The notes beneath the pieces were generated by a model. It worked only from the letters and a program-made list of their open reading frames with translations, did not search any database and had not been told where the DNA came from. A program made the translations under genes and the position numbers. From Embleya sp. NPDC008237 (GTDB lineage: Bacteria > Actinomycetota > Actinomycetes > Streptomycetales > Streptomycetaceae), in assembly GCF_042956465.1 (NCBI RefSeq), contig NZ_JBIBGL010000018.1:225301-249300 (forward strand): a DNA stretch of 24,000 nucleotides, in the 5' to 3' direction. Position 1 is the first letter of the stretch. Every line of letters starts with the position of its first letter. Shown here piece by piece: positions 1 through 7,892 of the stretch.

Positions 1-147
1 ATGACCATCGTGCTGCCGGGAGGGGAGCGGTAGGCCCGTTTCGGGGAGGGGCGGTCGATCCGCGGGAGCGGGGCGGCGACTCCACCGGGGCAGGAGCGGT
101 ACGGATCCGCCGCAGCGGAGGGGAGCGGTGGACACTCCTTCAATGCC

Positions 148-167
148 GTGAGACATTTATGTCTCAC
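148..167. promoter_or_regulatory. Palindromic operator-like site GTGAGACAT-tt-ATGTCTCAC upstream of the MFS efflux gene
   Basis: Perfect 9-bp inverted arms separated by 2 nt, ending 19 bp before the ATG at 186. A third copy of the half-site (ATGTCTCA, 179-186) abuts and overlaps the start codon. A GAGGA Shine-Dalgarno at 176-180 lies between them. The geometry is typical of a dimeric repressor operator on an efflux gene. No cognate regulator is visible in the window. Confidence 0.45.
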
Positions 168-185
168 AAGGATTGAGGATGTCTC

Positions 186-1715
186 ATGGCCGGCTCCACC
201 ACCCCCCGCCCCACGCCCGACCCGCGGCGCTGGGCCGTGCTCGCGATCCTGTCGGGGAGCCTGCTGATCATCTCGATGGACGCGACCATCCTGAACGTCG
301 CGTTCCCGTCCCTGGTCGCCGATCTGCGGCCCGGTTCGGTCGAGCAGTTGTGGATCATCGACTCGTACGCGCTCGCGCTGTCCGGCCTGTTGGTCACCGC
401 AGGCGCGCTCGGGGACCGCTGGGGGCGCAAGCGGCTGCTGCTCGTCGGCTTCGCCATCTTCGCGCTGGCCTCGCTGCTCGCGGTCGCGGCGACGGCCGCC
501 TGGCACGTGATCGCCGCCCGGGTGCTGCTCGGCGTGGGTGGCGCGGCGATCATGCCGTCCACGCTGACCATCCTGCGCCAGGTGTTCACCGACACCCGCG
601 AGCGGGCCTTGGCCTACGCCGTCTGGTCGGCGGTCTTCGGCGGCGGCATGGCACTCGGGCCGGTGGTCGGCGGGCTGCTCGTGGAGTCGCACGGCTGGCA
701 GTCGGCCTTCCTGTTGAACGTGCCGATCGCGGTCGCGGTGATCGGGTTCGGCATGTGGCTGCTGCCCGAGTCGCGTTCGCCGCGCTCCGGCGCGTGGGAC
801 TGGCCCGGCGTCGGCCTGTCGATCGTCGGCATGGGCACCCTCGCGGGCGGCATCAAGCAGCTCGGCAAGGGCGGCGTCGGCGATCCGGCCGCGTGGATCC
901 TGCTCGTGGTGGCCGCGCTCACGCTGACCGTGTTCGTGCGCCGCCAACTGCGGCTGGCCAATCCGCTGCTCCAGGTCCGGCTGTTCACGAACCGCGCGTT
1001 CACCATGGCCGCGACGGCGATCTTCCTGGGCATGCTCGGACTGGGCGCGGCGCTGTTCCTGCTCAGCCAGTGGTTCCAGTACGTGCAGGGGTACAGCCCG
1101 GTCTCCGCCGGTCTGCACCTGCTGCCCGCGCCGATCGCGCTGATCCTCGCGTCGATGTTCGTGCCCGCGCTGATGCACCGCTTCCCGCCCCGGAACGTGC
1201 TGGCGATCGGTCTGGCGCTGATGGCCGTCGGGCTTGCGATGCCGTGGGTCGGGCAACACTTCCGGGACGTGGACTACCCGCTGGTGGGCGCCTCGCTCGC
1301 GGTGGTCGGGCTCGGTGTGGGCACGCTGGCCACCGTCGCGTCGGTGGTGCTGATGTCCTCGGTGCCGGTCGCCGAGGCCGGTGGCGCGGCGGCGATCGAC
1401 GAGACCGCGTACGAACTCGGCGCCGCGCTGGGCGTCGCGATCCTGGGCAGCATGGCATCCGCGCTCTACCGGGCCAACCTGCCCGACCTCGACCTCGACT
1501 CGGCCGACACGGCGGCGGTACGCGAGTCGATCGGGGACGCCTCCGTGGTCGCGGATCGACTCGGCGCCGGCGGCATCCTGGGCCGGGCGGGCGAGGCGTT
1601 CACGTCCGGGATGACGCCGACCTTCCTGGCCGGCGGCGTGGTCGCGCTGATCGCAGCCGTGCTGGCCTGGCGGCTGATCCCGCGCGACCTGGAGCCCGCG
1701 CCGGACGCGCACTGA
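186..1715 (+). CDS. MFS transporter, DHA2 (EmrB/QacA-like, 14-TMS) drug:H+ antiporter family
   Basis: 509-aa ORF with strong G/C third-position bias and many hydrophobic segments. The N-terminal region has the family pattern: LSGSLLIISMDATILNVAFPSL, GALGDRWGRKRLLL (MFS motif A-like) and LLGVGGAAIMPSTLTIL. GAGGA lies 6 nt upstream of the ATG. Confidence 0.9.
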   Translation: MAGSTTPRPTPDPRRWAVLAILSGSLLIISMDATILNVAFPSLVADLRPGSVEQLWIIDSYALALSGLLVTAGALGDRWGRKRLLLVGFAIFALASLLAVAATAAWHVIAARVLLGVGGAAIMPSTLTILRQVFTDTRERALAYAVWSAVFGGGMALGPVVGGLLVESHGWQSAFLLNVPIAVAVIGFGMWLLPESRSPRSGAWDWPGVGLSIVGMGTLAGGIKQLGKGGVGDPAAWILLVVAALTLTVFVRRQLRLANPLLQVRLFTNRAFTMAATAIFLGMLGLGAALFLLSQWFQYVQGYSPVSAGLHLLPAPIALILASMFVPALMHRFPPRNVLAIGLALMAVGLAMPWVGQHFRDVDYPLVGASLAVVGLGVGTLATVASVVLMSSVPVAEAGGAAAIDETAYELGAALGVAILGSMASALYRANLPDLDLDSADTAAVRESIGDASVVADRLGAGGILGRAGEAFTSGMTPTFLAGGVVALIAAVLAWRLIPRDLEPAPDAH

Positions 1716-1991
1716 GGGCCGGCCGAAAGCAATCGATCGGGAAGGCGCACACCTTCGGCCCCGGCCCCCGATCGGGGTGCACGAGCCGCTGCCCGCCGCA
1801 CGGTCTGGTGCCGCCCGGCGGGGTTCGACCCCGGGCGCGCCGCCGTGGCGGGTCCCGGACTTCGGAACATCCGGGCCTCGCCGACCGTTGACCGAATCGT
1901 AGGCACATCGAGTGTGCATGCGGGGCCCGACGCCGGGCAGGCGCTCTCAGGGGCCGCTATCGGCCAACCTTTCAACAGTACATCTCCGGAC

Positions 1992-2017
1992 GGAATATCA
2001 CAGGCTTCTCGTTCGTT
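1992..2017 (+). promoter_or_regulatory. Candidate ECF (SigR/SigH-type) promoter GGAAT-N18-GTT upstream of the group-2 sigma gene
   Basis: GGAAT at 1992-1996 and GTT at 2015-2017 are exactly 18 nt apart and sit about 40 nt upstream of the ATG at 2058, in the least GC-rich part of the spacer. This matches the redox-stress ECF consensus known to drive hrdD in Streptomyces and sigB in mycobacteria. It is a pattern match only. Confidence 0.4.
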
Positions 2018-2057
2018 CGAAATATTGACGAACGCGAATGAAAGCGAGGGCTAGAGC

Positions 2058-3035
2058 ATGCCGACTACACGTGGTGTGGCCCGACAGGGCGCCGAGCGAG
2101 TGGCGGCTTCCCGCACGCGGAAGGCTGCCGACGTCGAGCGCGACACGGTCGGTGTGTACCTGGACGAGATCAGCCGCACGAAGCTGCTCGACGCGGAGCG
2201 CGAAGTCGAGATGTCCAAGGACATCGAAGCAGGGCTGTACGCGCAGAAGCTGATCGACGAGGACGCGGTGCCCGAGGGCGTCGACCGGGCCGAGCTGGAC
2301 CGGCTGATCGCGCGCGGCGCCGCGGCCAAGGAACTGTTCATCCAGGCCAACCTGCGGCTGGTGGTGTCCGTCGCCCGGCGCTACCCGCGTAGTGGGATGC
2401 CCTTCCTGGACCTGGTCCAGGAGGGCAACGTGGGCCTGGTCCGCGCGGTCGAGAAGTTCGACTACGCGAAGGGCTTCAAGTTCTCCACCTACGCGACCTG
2501 GTGGATTCGACAGGCGATCACCCGGGCGATGGCGGATCAGGCCCGCACCGTGCGGTTGCCCGTGCACCTGGTCGAAGAGCTGAGCAAGATCCGCCGGGTG
2601 CAGCGCGAGTTCGCTCGCGATCACGGGCGCGATCCCGAGATGGCGGAGATCGCCGAGGCGGTCGGCTCCACGCCGGAGCGCGTCGTGGACGTGATCGGTT
2701 GGGCGCGCGACCCGATCAGCCTGGACACCCCCGTGGGTGACGACGGCGAGACCGAGTTGGGCGAACTGGTCCAGGAGACCGACCCGTTGACGCCGGAGGA
2801 CATCACCCTGGCGACACTGCGACGCGAGCAGATAGCGGACCTGGTGGGTCGGCTGGACGGCCGCACGGCCACGATCCTGCGGGCGCGTTACGGCATGGCG
2901 GACGGCAAGGAGCACACGCTGACCGAGGTCGGCAAGCAGCTCGGGCTCACCCGTGAGCGGATCCGCCAGATCGAGAAGCAGGCGCTGGTCGAGCTGCGCG
3001 AGCTGGCCACCGCCCAGGGGCTCGAAGCCGCCTGA
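2058..3035 (+). CDS. RNA polymerase sigma-70 family factor, group 2 (HrdD/SigB-like, non-essential principal-like sigma)
   Basis: 325 aa. Region 1.2 is YLDEISRTKLLDAEREVEMSKDIEAG. Region 2 is NLRLVVSVARRYPRSGMPFLDLVQEGNVGLVRAVEKFDYAKGFKFSTYATWWIRQAITRA. Region 3 is RTVRLPVHLVEELSKIRRV. Region 4.2 is the HTH TLTEVGKQLGLTRERIRQIEKQAL. GAGGG lies 8 nt upstream of the ATG. Confidence 0.92.
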   Translation: MPTTRGVARQGAERVAASRTRKAADVERDTVGVYLDEISRTKLLDAEREVEMSKDIEAGLYAQKLIDEDAVPEGVDRAELDRLIARGAAAKELFIQANLRLVVSVARRYPRSGMPFLDLVQEGNVGLVRAVEKFDYAKGFKFSTYATWWIRQAITRAMADQARTVRLPVHLVEELSKIRRVQREFARDHGRDPEMAEIAEAVGSTPERVVDVIGWARDPISLDTPVGDDGETELGELVQETDPLTPEDITLATLRREQIADLVGRLDGRTATILRARYGMADGKEHTLTEVGKQLGLTRERIRQIEKQALVELRELATAQGLEAA

Positions 3036-3144
3036 CGCCGCGCTGTGCCGGGGCGAGCCGGCTACGGCCCGGGCCCCGGCCCGGGCCGCGCATGGCGCCC
3101 CGGCCGGGCAGGGTGCCGTTCCGGGCGCCGGCACACTGGGTGGC

Positions 3145-3366
3145 ATGGCGGAGCGGGCGAAGATCGAGACGACGGAGGCGCACGTGCGCGAGGCGAGTGG
3201 GCCGGCCGGGCCCGAGCGGCGCGAGCGCGACCGGTTCGGTTGGGACGACCTGCTCCCCGAGGCGAGTTCGGACGAGACGGATGCCGGATGGGGCGAGGCC
3301 CGGCCCGCCGCCGACCCGGCGGATCTGCGCCGCTTCCTGGACGACAAGCCGCCGCATCACCTCTGA
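3145..3366 (+). CDS. Small acidic hypothetical protein (73 aa), co-directional with and downstream of the sigma gene
   Basis: The ATG at 3145 opens a frame with consistently G/C third positions that ends at the TGA at 3364-3366, just before a strong hairpin terminator. The product is MAERAKIETTEAHVREASG...FGWDDLLPE...DAGWGEARP...FLDDKPPHHL. No family is recognised. The start codon is uncertain because the RBS is weak. Confidence 0.5.
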   Translation: MAERAKIETTEAHVREASGPAGPERRERDRFGWDDLLPEASSDETDAGWGEARPAADPADLRRFLDDKPPHHL

Positions 3367-3411
3367 GCCGACAGGCAAAGGTGACCCGGCACCTCAGGGT
3401 GACCCGATACA

Positions 3412-3465
3412 CAAAGGGCGGGTTCGCTCCTTCGTCTTCATCCGAAGGAGCGAACCCGCCCTTTG
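3412..3465. terminator. Bidirectional intrinsic-terminator-like hairpin between convergent genes
   Basis: Perfect 23-bp stem (CAAAGGGCGGGTTCGCTCCTTCG at 3412-3434 pairs with CGAAGGAGCGAACCCGCCCTTTG at 3443-3465) with an 8-nt loop. It lies between the stop of the small + strand ORF (3366) and the stop of mscL (3539, - strand). Confidence 0.75.
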
Positions 3466-3538
3466 CCGTGCGCTTACTGTGGGCCCGGTTGCGGATAAGC
3501 GGTGCGCGGTCGGCGGATGAGCCGACCGGGGCGACCGA

Positions 3539-4024
3539 TCAGACGTCGGAGCGCGGGGAGACCAATCCGGCGGTCCCCTGGCCGGCGGTCCGGCCGCCGT
3601 TCGCCGGCGGTTCGAGGCGCGCGGCGAGCAGGTCGCGAATCTCGGTGAGGAGTTCGGTGTCGCTGAGTTCCTTCGCGGCCGTCTGACCCAAGGCTCGCTT
3701 GCGCTTTTCCAGCATGTGGTTCAGCGGCAGCACGAGCAGGAAGTACACGACCGCCGCGGTGATCAGGAACGTCAGCCCGGCGCCGAGCACGGAGCCCCAC
3801 AACAGCTGGACGCCGGTCGCCTCGCCCTTCGCGTCGACCCCGCACGGGCCCTTGATGCAGGATGTGTACCCGTCCAGGTTCCTGGTGCCGAACGCACCCA
3901 CGACCGGGTTGATCAGCCCCTTCACGAACGCCGTCACCACCGCCGTGAACGCGGCGCCGATGACCACGGCCACAGCCAGGTCCACGACGTTTCCGCGCAT
4001 CAGGAACTTCTTGAAGCCGCCCAC
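3539..4024 (-). CDS. mscL: Large-conductance mechanosensitive channel MscL
   Basis: The family N-terminus GGFKKFLMRGNVVDLAVAVVIGAAFTAVV is followed by a second TM (LTFLITAAVVYFLLVLPLN) and a charged C-terminal helix. I place the start at the GTG at 4024 (V44 of the track ORF), which gives the canonical N-terminus. The upstream 43 codons of the track ORF look like non-coding read-in. The periplasmic loop is longer than usual and contains two Cys. Confidence 0.88.
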   Translation of the reverse strand: MGGFKKFLMRGNVVDLAVAVVIGAAFTAVVTAFVKGLINPVVGAFGTRNLDGYTSCIKGPCGVDAKGEATGVQLLWGSVLGAGLTFLITAAVVYFLLVLPLNHMLEKRKRALGQTAAKELSDTELLTEIRDLLAARLEPPANGGRTAGQGTAGLVSPRSDV

Positions 4025-4149
4025 TGCTGATTCCCATCGATGTCGATCGGTCGGAGCCTCGACGGGGCGGTTGGATCCGTGATCAATACGGCCGATCGTA
4101 GTAATCACGGAATACCCCTCGAAGCGGAACAACCCGCACGAGTCTGCTG

Positions 4150-4776
4150 TCATTCACGGCTCGTCGCAACAGGGCCGTTCACGAACCTGTGGATGGTATA
4201 GGTCAGGGCAGGCCCGTTCGCCGCACCGGCGAGTTCGGTCGCCGCCGCTCGCGGGATCTCCAGGATCAGCAGCGCCCCGGTCGACGAGGCCCCGGTCGCG
4301 GCCGGACGGGCCACGACGAGTGCGGCGGGGACGATCAGCCGTGCCGGACCGGGGTGTTCGGGCGCGGGCGCGGCCAGCACGTCGATCCGGTCGCCGGGGC
4401 GCAGCACGGCCACTGCGTCGGCGTCCGCGAAGCGCGCGGGCAGGGCGACCCCGGCGGCCTGCCCGACCGCATGCAGAACTCCGGCCGGATGCAGGGCCGT
4501 CGGCATCGCGACCAGGGTCAGATCGGCGACCCCGGGGGTGCTGCCCGCGGGCAGATCGCGCGCGGCCACCAGGATCGGGCCGGTCGGCGCGGGTGCGGGG
4601 CGGACCGCCACGATCACCGCGAACACCGCGACGGCGGCCGACAGCGCGGCCAGGCCGCGTCGATGGCGGGCCAGGACGCGCCGCCAGGGCCGCCGGGTGA
4701 GCGGGGCCGGCGCCGACCGGAACGGCGGGCCGAACGACGGTCCGGGCGAGGCTCCGAACGATCCCGAAGCGGACAT
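4150..4776 (-). CDS. SAF domain-containing membrane protein (CpaB/RcpC-like architecture)
   Basis: The ATG at 4776 is preceded by GGAGGTGTG, a strong Shine-Dalgarno. An N-terminal TM (LAALSAAVAVFAVIVAV) is followed by a SAF-like segment, ILVAARDLPAGSTPGVADLTLVAMP. Its position next to mscL matches the conserved actinobacterial synteny. The track ORF start at 4914 is probably too far upstream. Confidence 0.7.
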   Translation of the reverse strand: MSASGSFGASPGPSFGPPFRSAPAPLTRRPWRRVLARHRRGLAALSAAVAVFAVIVAVRPAPAPTGPILVAARDLPAGSTPGVADLTLVAMPTALHPAGVLHAVGQAAGVALPARFADADAVAVLRPGDRIDVLAAPAPEHPGPARLIVPAALVVARPAATGASSTGALLILEIPRAAATELAGAANGPALTYTIHRFVNGPVATSRE

Positions 4777-4969
4777 CACACCTCCAACGCGGGCAGCGGG
4801 CGAGTGCGGCCCGACCCGCGTCGGAACCGGGGCAGGAAACGAGGGCCGAGCCGCGCCCCCACCGTGCCGCGCAACGTCCCGATTCGGCCGGGCCACCCCG
4901 AAGCCTGTGCACAACTCCGCCCCTGGGGATTACGACTTCACCCACGTGAGTGACATCCCGTCCACCACA

Positions 4970-5001
4970 AAGGCCGCCCCCCGAACTCGGGAAGCGGCCT
5001 T
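4970..5001 (-). terminator. Hairpin downstream of mtnP (candidate terminator of the fmdB-mtnP unit)
   Basis: AAGGCCGC (4970-4977) pairs with GCGGCCTT (4994-5001), with an inner CCCG/CGGG helix. On the - strand transcript the stem is followed by TTTGTGG. It lies about 100 nt after the mtnP stop. Confidence 0.45.
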
Positions 5002-5104
5002 CACGACAAACGAACGGAACGAAACAGGGCCGACGCCCACAGCGGCCGGACCCACAGCAGGCGGCGCCGAGCCGGCGCAAGCGGGCGGCGAACCGCGGGC
5101 GGCG

Positions 5105-5944
5105 CTACGCCGGCCGCTCGACCTCCGCCATCCCGCACGTACACGAGCGCGTCTTTGGCAGCGCGGCGACCACGTCGAACAGCAGGGTGCGCAGTCGGTC
5201 GACGTTGGCCGCGAAGACCTTCATCACCTCGGCGTGGGTGACTCCCTCGCCCGCCTCGACGCCCGCGTCCAGGTCGGTGACCAGCGCGATCGCGGTGCAG
5301 CAGAGGCCGAGTTCGCGGGCGAGCACAGCCTCGGGGTGGCCGGTCATGCCGATGATCGACCAGCCCTGCGCCGCGTACCACTTGGACTCGGCGCGGGTGG
5401 AGAAGCGCGGTCCCTCGATCACCACGAGGGTGCCGCCGTCCACCGGCTCCCAGCCCGAGGCGCGTGCCCGGGCGGCGACCACCGCGCGACCGTCCGCGCA
5501 GTACGGGTCGGCGAACGTGGTGTGTACGACCGGCGGGATGGTCCCGTCGGCGAGCGGCAGCCCGTCGAAGAAGGTCTGGACCCGGCTCGACGTGCGGTCG
5601 ATCAACTGGTCGGGGATCACGAGCGTGCCCGGACCGAGTTCGGCGCGCAGGCCGCCGGTCGCGCACGGCGCGAGCACCTGCGTCACCCCGACGGCGCGCA
5701 GGGCCCACAGGTTGGCGCGGTAGTTGATCCGGTGCGGCGGGAGCGAGTGGTCGCGGCCGTGCCGGGGCAGGAAGGCGACCCGACGGCCGGCCACCTCACC
5801 CAGGAACAGGGCGTCGCTGGGCGCGCCGTACGGCGTGTCCACGCGCACCTCGACCACGTCGTCCAGGAACGCGTAGAACCCGGAGCCGCCGATCACACCG
5901 ATCTCGGCCGGAGCCACCCCCGCCGGCAGCACGCCGGTCGCCAT
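5105..5944 (-). CDS. mtnP: S-methyl-5'-thioadenosine phosphorylase (MTAP, PNP/UDP phosphorylase family)
   Basis: 279 aa. Motifs are IGVIGGSGFY, FLPRHGRDHSLPPHRINYRANLWALRAVGV and GMTGHPEAVLARELGLCCTAIALVTDLDAG. The start lies 3 nt after the fmdB-like stop, so the two genes are probably co-transcribed. Confidence 0.9.
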   Translation of the reverse strand: MATGVLPAGVAPAEIGVIGGSGFYAFLDDVVEVRVDTPYGAPSDALFLGEVAGRRVAFLPRHGRDHSLPPHRINYRANLWALRAVGVTQVLAPCATGGLRAELGPGTLVIPDQLIDRTSSRVQTFFDGLPLADGTIPPVVHTTFADPYCADGRAVVAARARASGWEPVDGGTLVVIEGPRFSTRAESKWYAAQGWSIIGMTGHPEAVLARELGLCCTAIALVTDLDAGVEAGEGVTHAEVMKVFAANVDRLRTLLFDVVAALPKTRSCTCGMAEVERPA

Positions 5945-5947
5945 CGG

Positions 5948-6307
5948 TCAGGCCGCCGTCGACGTCGTACCGGAGGAGCCGGACGACGAGGAGGACGACG
6001 AACCCGAGGACGACGAACCCGAGGACGACGAACCCGACGACGAGGACGACGAACCCGAGGACGAGGAGCCCTCCGAGGACGACGAGGTAGCGCCGGTCGA
6101 CGCGGTCGCCGGCGTCGAGGACGTGCTCGAACCGCGGCTGTCGGTGCGGTAGAAGCCGGAGCCCTTGAACACGACGCCCACCGCCGAGAAGACCTTGCGC
6201 AGCCTGCCCTGGCAGGCGGGGCACTCGGTCAGCGCGTCGTCCGTGAACTTCTGGACGGCCTCAAGGCCCTCGCCACAGGCGGTGCACTGGTACTGGTACG
6301 TCGGCAC
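5948..6307 (-). CDS. FmdB-family (CxxC_CxxC_SSSS) zinc-ribbon protein with Ser/Gly-rich tail
   Basis: The GTG at 6307 is preceded by AAGGAGGACCAGACC, a strong Shine-Dalgarno. The N-terminus PTYQYQCTACGEGLEAVQKFTDDALTECPACQGRLRKVFSAVGVVFKGSGFY carries the two CxxC pairs. The C-terminal ~55 aa are almost entirely Ser/Gly/Thr. Confidence 0.85.
   Translation of the reverse strand: MPTYQYQCTACGEGLEAVQKFTDDALTECPACQGRLRKVFSAVGVVFKGSGFYRTDSRGSSTSSTPATASTGATSSSSEGSSSSGSSSSSSGSSSSGSSSSGSSSSSSSGSSGTTSTAA
5991..6071. repeat. 15-bp tandem repeat (GAGGACGACGAACCC x3 perfect, then degenerate) encoding the Ser-rich tail of the FmdB-family protein
   Basis: Perfect units at 5991-6005, 6006-6020 and 6021-6035, with degenerate copies to 6071. 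The period is a multiple of 3 and reads as GSSSS on the - strand. Confidence 0.8.
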
Positions 6308-6353
6308 GGTCTGGTCCTCCTTCGACAGACAGGTCAGCTGGGTACTGGCACTC

Positions 6354-7625
6354 TCACCTGTCGAGTGCCAATGGTGCAGCATTCACCGGAGATCCGTCCA
6401 CCACGGTCGCGGTCGGCGGTGTAATGGGTGTCACATCCACGCCCGGTCGCAGCAGTCGCTGCCCGCCGAGCACCACCAGGAAGCCGATGCCGGCCGCCGC
6501 CAGGGTGAGCGCGAAACCGGCGCCCGAACCGCGCGCGTCGGTGAGCATTCCGGAGCAGGTCGAACCGAGTGCGAGGCCCAGGCCGATCGCGCCGGTGAGC
6601 CACGTGAACGCCTCGGTCTTGGCCTCGGCCGGGACCAGTGTGTCGACCAGGGTGAACCCGGTGATCAGCGTCGGTGCGATCGCCAGTCCGCACAGCAACG
6701 CGACGGGCACCATGATTCCCACGCTGGGGATGGCCCACAGCGGTGCGGTGCCGGTGGCCAGCAGGGCGAACGTCACGAGCATGCGACGGTGCGCCGGCCG
6801 CCGCCAGGCGATCGCGCCGTAGACCGCACCGGCGATCAGGCTGCCGCCCGCGAAGACCGCGTACAGCGCGCCCGCCAGGCCGGGCTTGCCGACCTCCTCG
6901 GCGAACGCGGTGACCGAGACCTGCACGGTCCCGAAGACCCCGCCGATGCAGACGAAGGCCACCACGAGCAGCCGCACGCCGCCGATCCGCAGTGCGGACG
7001 CCCGCGGTGCGTCGCCGGCCGCCCGCACCACCCGGCGCGGCGCGGTGCCGCGTTGCAGTGCGAACAGCAGCGAGCCGAGCACGGTCAGCGCCGCCTCGAC
7101 GATCAGCCCGGCGGCCGGGTGCACGCCGGTGGCCAGGAAGGTGGCCACCACCGGGCCCACCACGAAGGTGAACTCGTCGGTCACCGACTCGAACGCGAAC
7201 GCGGTCGGCAGCAGCGGCGAGCCATCCAGGTGGGCGGCCCAGCGGGCCCGCACCATGGAGCCGATCTGCGGCACCGTCGCGCCGGAGAGCACCGCGGTGA
7301 CGAACAGCAACCACAGTGGCGCGCCGGAGAGGGCGGCCACGATCAGTGCGGACACCGCCGCGCCGTGCAGCAGCGCGCCGGGCACGACCACCGCCCCCTG
7401 GCCGAAGCGGTCGGCGAGCCGACCGGTCTGCGGGCCGACGAAGGCGAGCGCGACGGCCGCGGCGGCGGAGACCGCGCCGGCCGTGCCGTACGAGCCGGTC
7501 GTGTGCTTGACCAACAGCACGATGCCCAGGCCGAGCATCGCGTAGGGCAGCCGGGCGATGAGCGCGGGTGCCAGGAATCGCCATGCGGACGGGGTCCGCA
7601 GCAGCGAGGAGTACGTGGAGATCAT
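6354..7625 (-). CDS. MFS transporter (12-TMS type), substrate unknown
   Basis: The ATG at 7625 (M43 of the track ORF) is preceded by GGGGAG. The N-terminus is MISTYSSLLRTPSAWRFLAPALIARLPYAMLGLGIVLL, followed by GPQTGRLADRFGQG (MFS motif A-like). The protein is hydrophobic throughout. Confidence 0.8.
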   Translation of the reverse strand: MISTYSSLLRTPSAWRFLAPALIARLPYAMLGLGIVLLVKHTTGSYGTAGAVSAAAAVALAFVGPQTGRLADRFGQGAVVVPGALLHGAAVSALIVAALSGAPLWLLFVTAVLSGATVPQIGSMVRARWAAHLDGSPLLPTAFAFESVTDEFTFVVGPVVATFLATGVHPAAGLIVEAALTVLGSLLFALQRGTAPRRVVRAAGDAPRASALRIGGVRLLVVAFVCIGGVFGTVQVSVTAFAEEVGKPGLAGALYAVFAGGSLIAGAVYGAIAWRRPAHRRMLVTFALLATGTAPLWAIPSVGIMVPVALLCGLAIAPTLITGFTLVDTLVPAEAKTEAFTWLTGAIGLGLALGSTCSGMLTDARGSGAGFALTLAAAGIGFLVVLGGQRLLRPGVDVTPITPPTATVVDGSPVNAAPLALDR

Positions 7626-7892
7626 GCGCACCGCTCCCCGCGAACGGGTGCGGCGTTCCGATGCGTGGGCATCGTGGCTGTCGCTTCCTGCCACCTGGTG
7701 ACGCACATGGGAAACCCCGGTGCGCCGAGAGCTGTCCTCGAAAGCGTCCACCGGGGTAGATACCGAAGTCGTGCTTCGGCCGCCGTGCGGTCACGACGCC
7801 AGCCCTGCGTCAGGCAGAGTCGGTGTGTGGAGGGGATCGGCGATCGAGGCGCCCGGAGGCGCCCCGATGGCAATCAACCGGATGATCGTACC

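Noticed and set aside
1-147. Four copies of GGAGCGG (at 24, 65, 94 and 122), and a - strand frame running from the ATG at 156 off the left edge.
   Set aside because: The spacing is irregular (41, 29, 28 nt). The - strand peptide (MSHGIEGVSTAPLRCGGSVPLLPRW...) is Pro-rich, has mediocre third-position bias and no HTH. The available sequence is too short to support a gene or a repeat element.
5948-6130. Ser/Gly-rich tail of the zinc-ribbon protein as a novelty.
   Set aside because: A serine-rich low-complexity C-terminus is a known trait of the FmdB (CxxC_CxxC_SSSS) family. Only the underlying perfect 15-bp DNA repeat, which could be length-polymorphic, is noted as a feature.
7752-7892. Small hairpins (CCGAAG-tcgtg-CTTCGG near 7763-7779 and GGCGCC-cgga-GGCGCC near 7849-7864) as terminators of the antiporter gene.
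   Set aside because: The stems are only 6 bp with no T tract. Such short GC palindromes are frequent by chance at this GC content.
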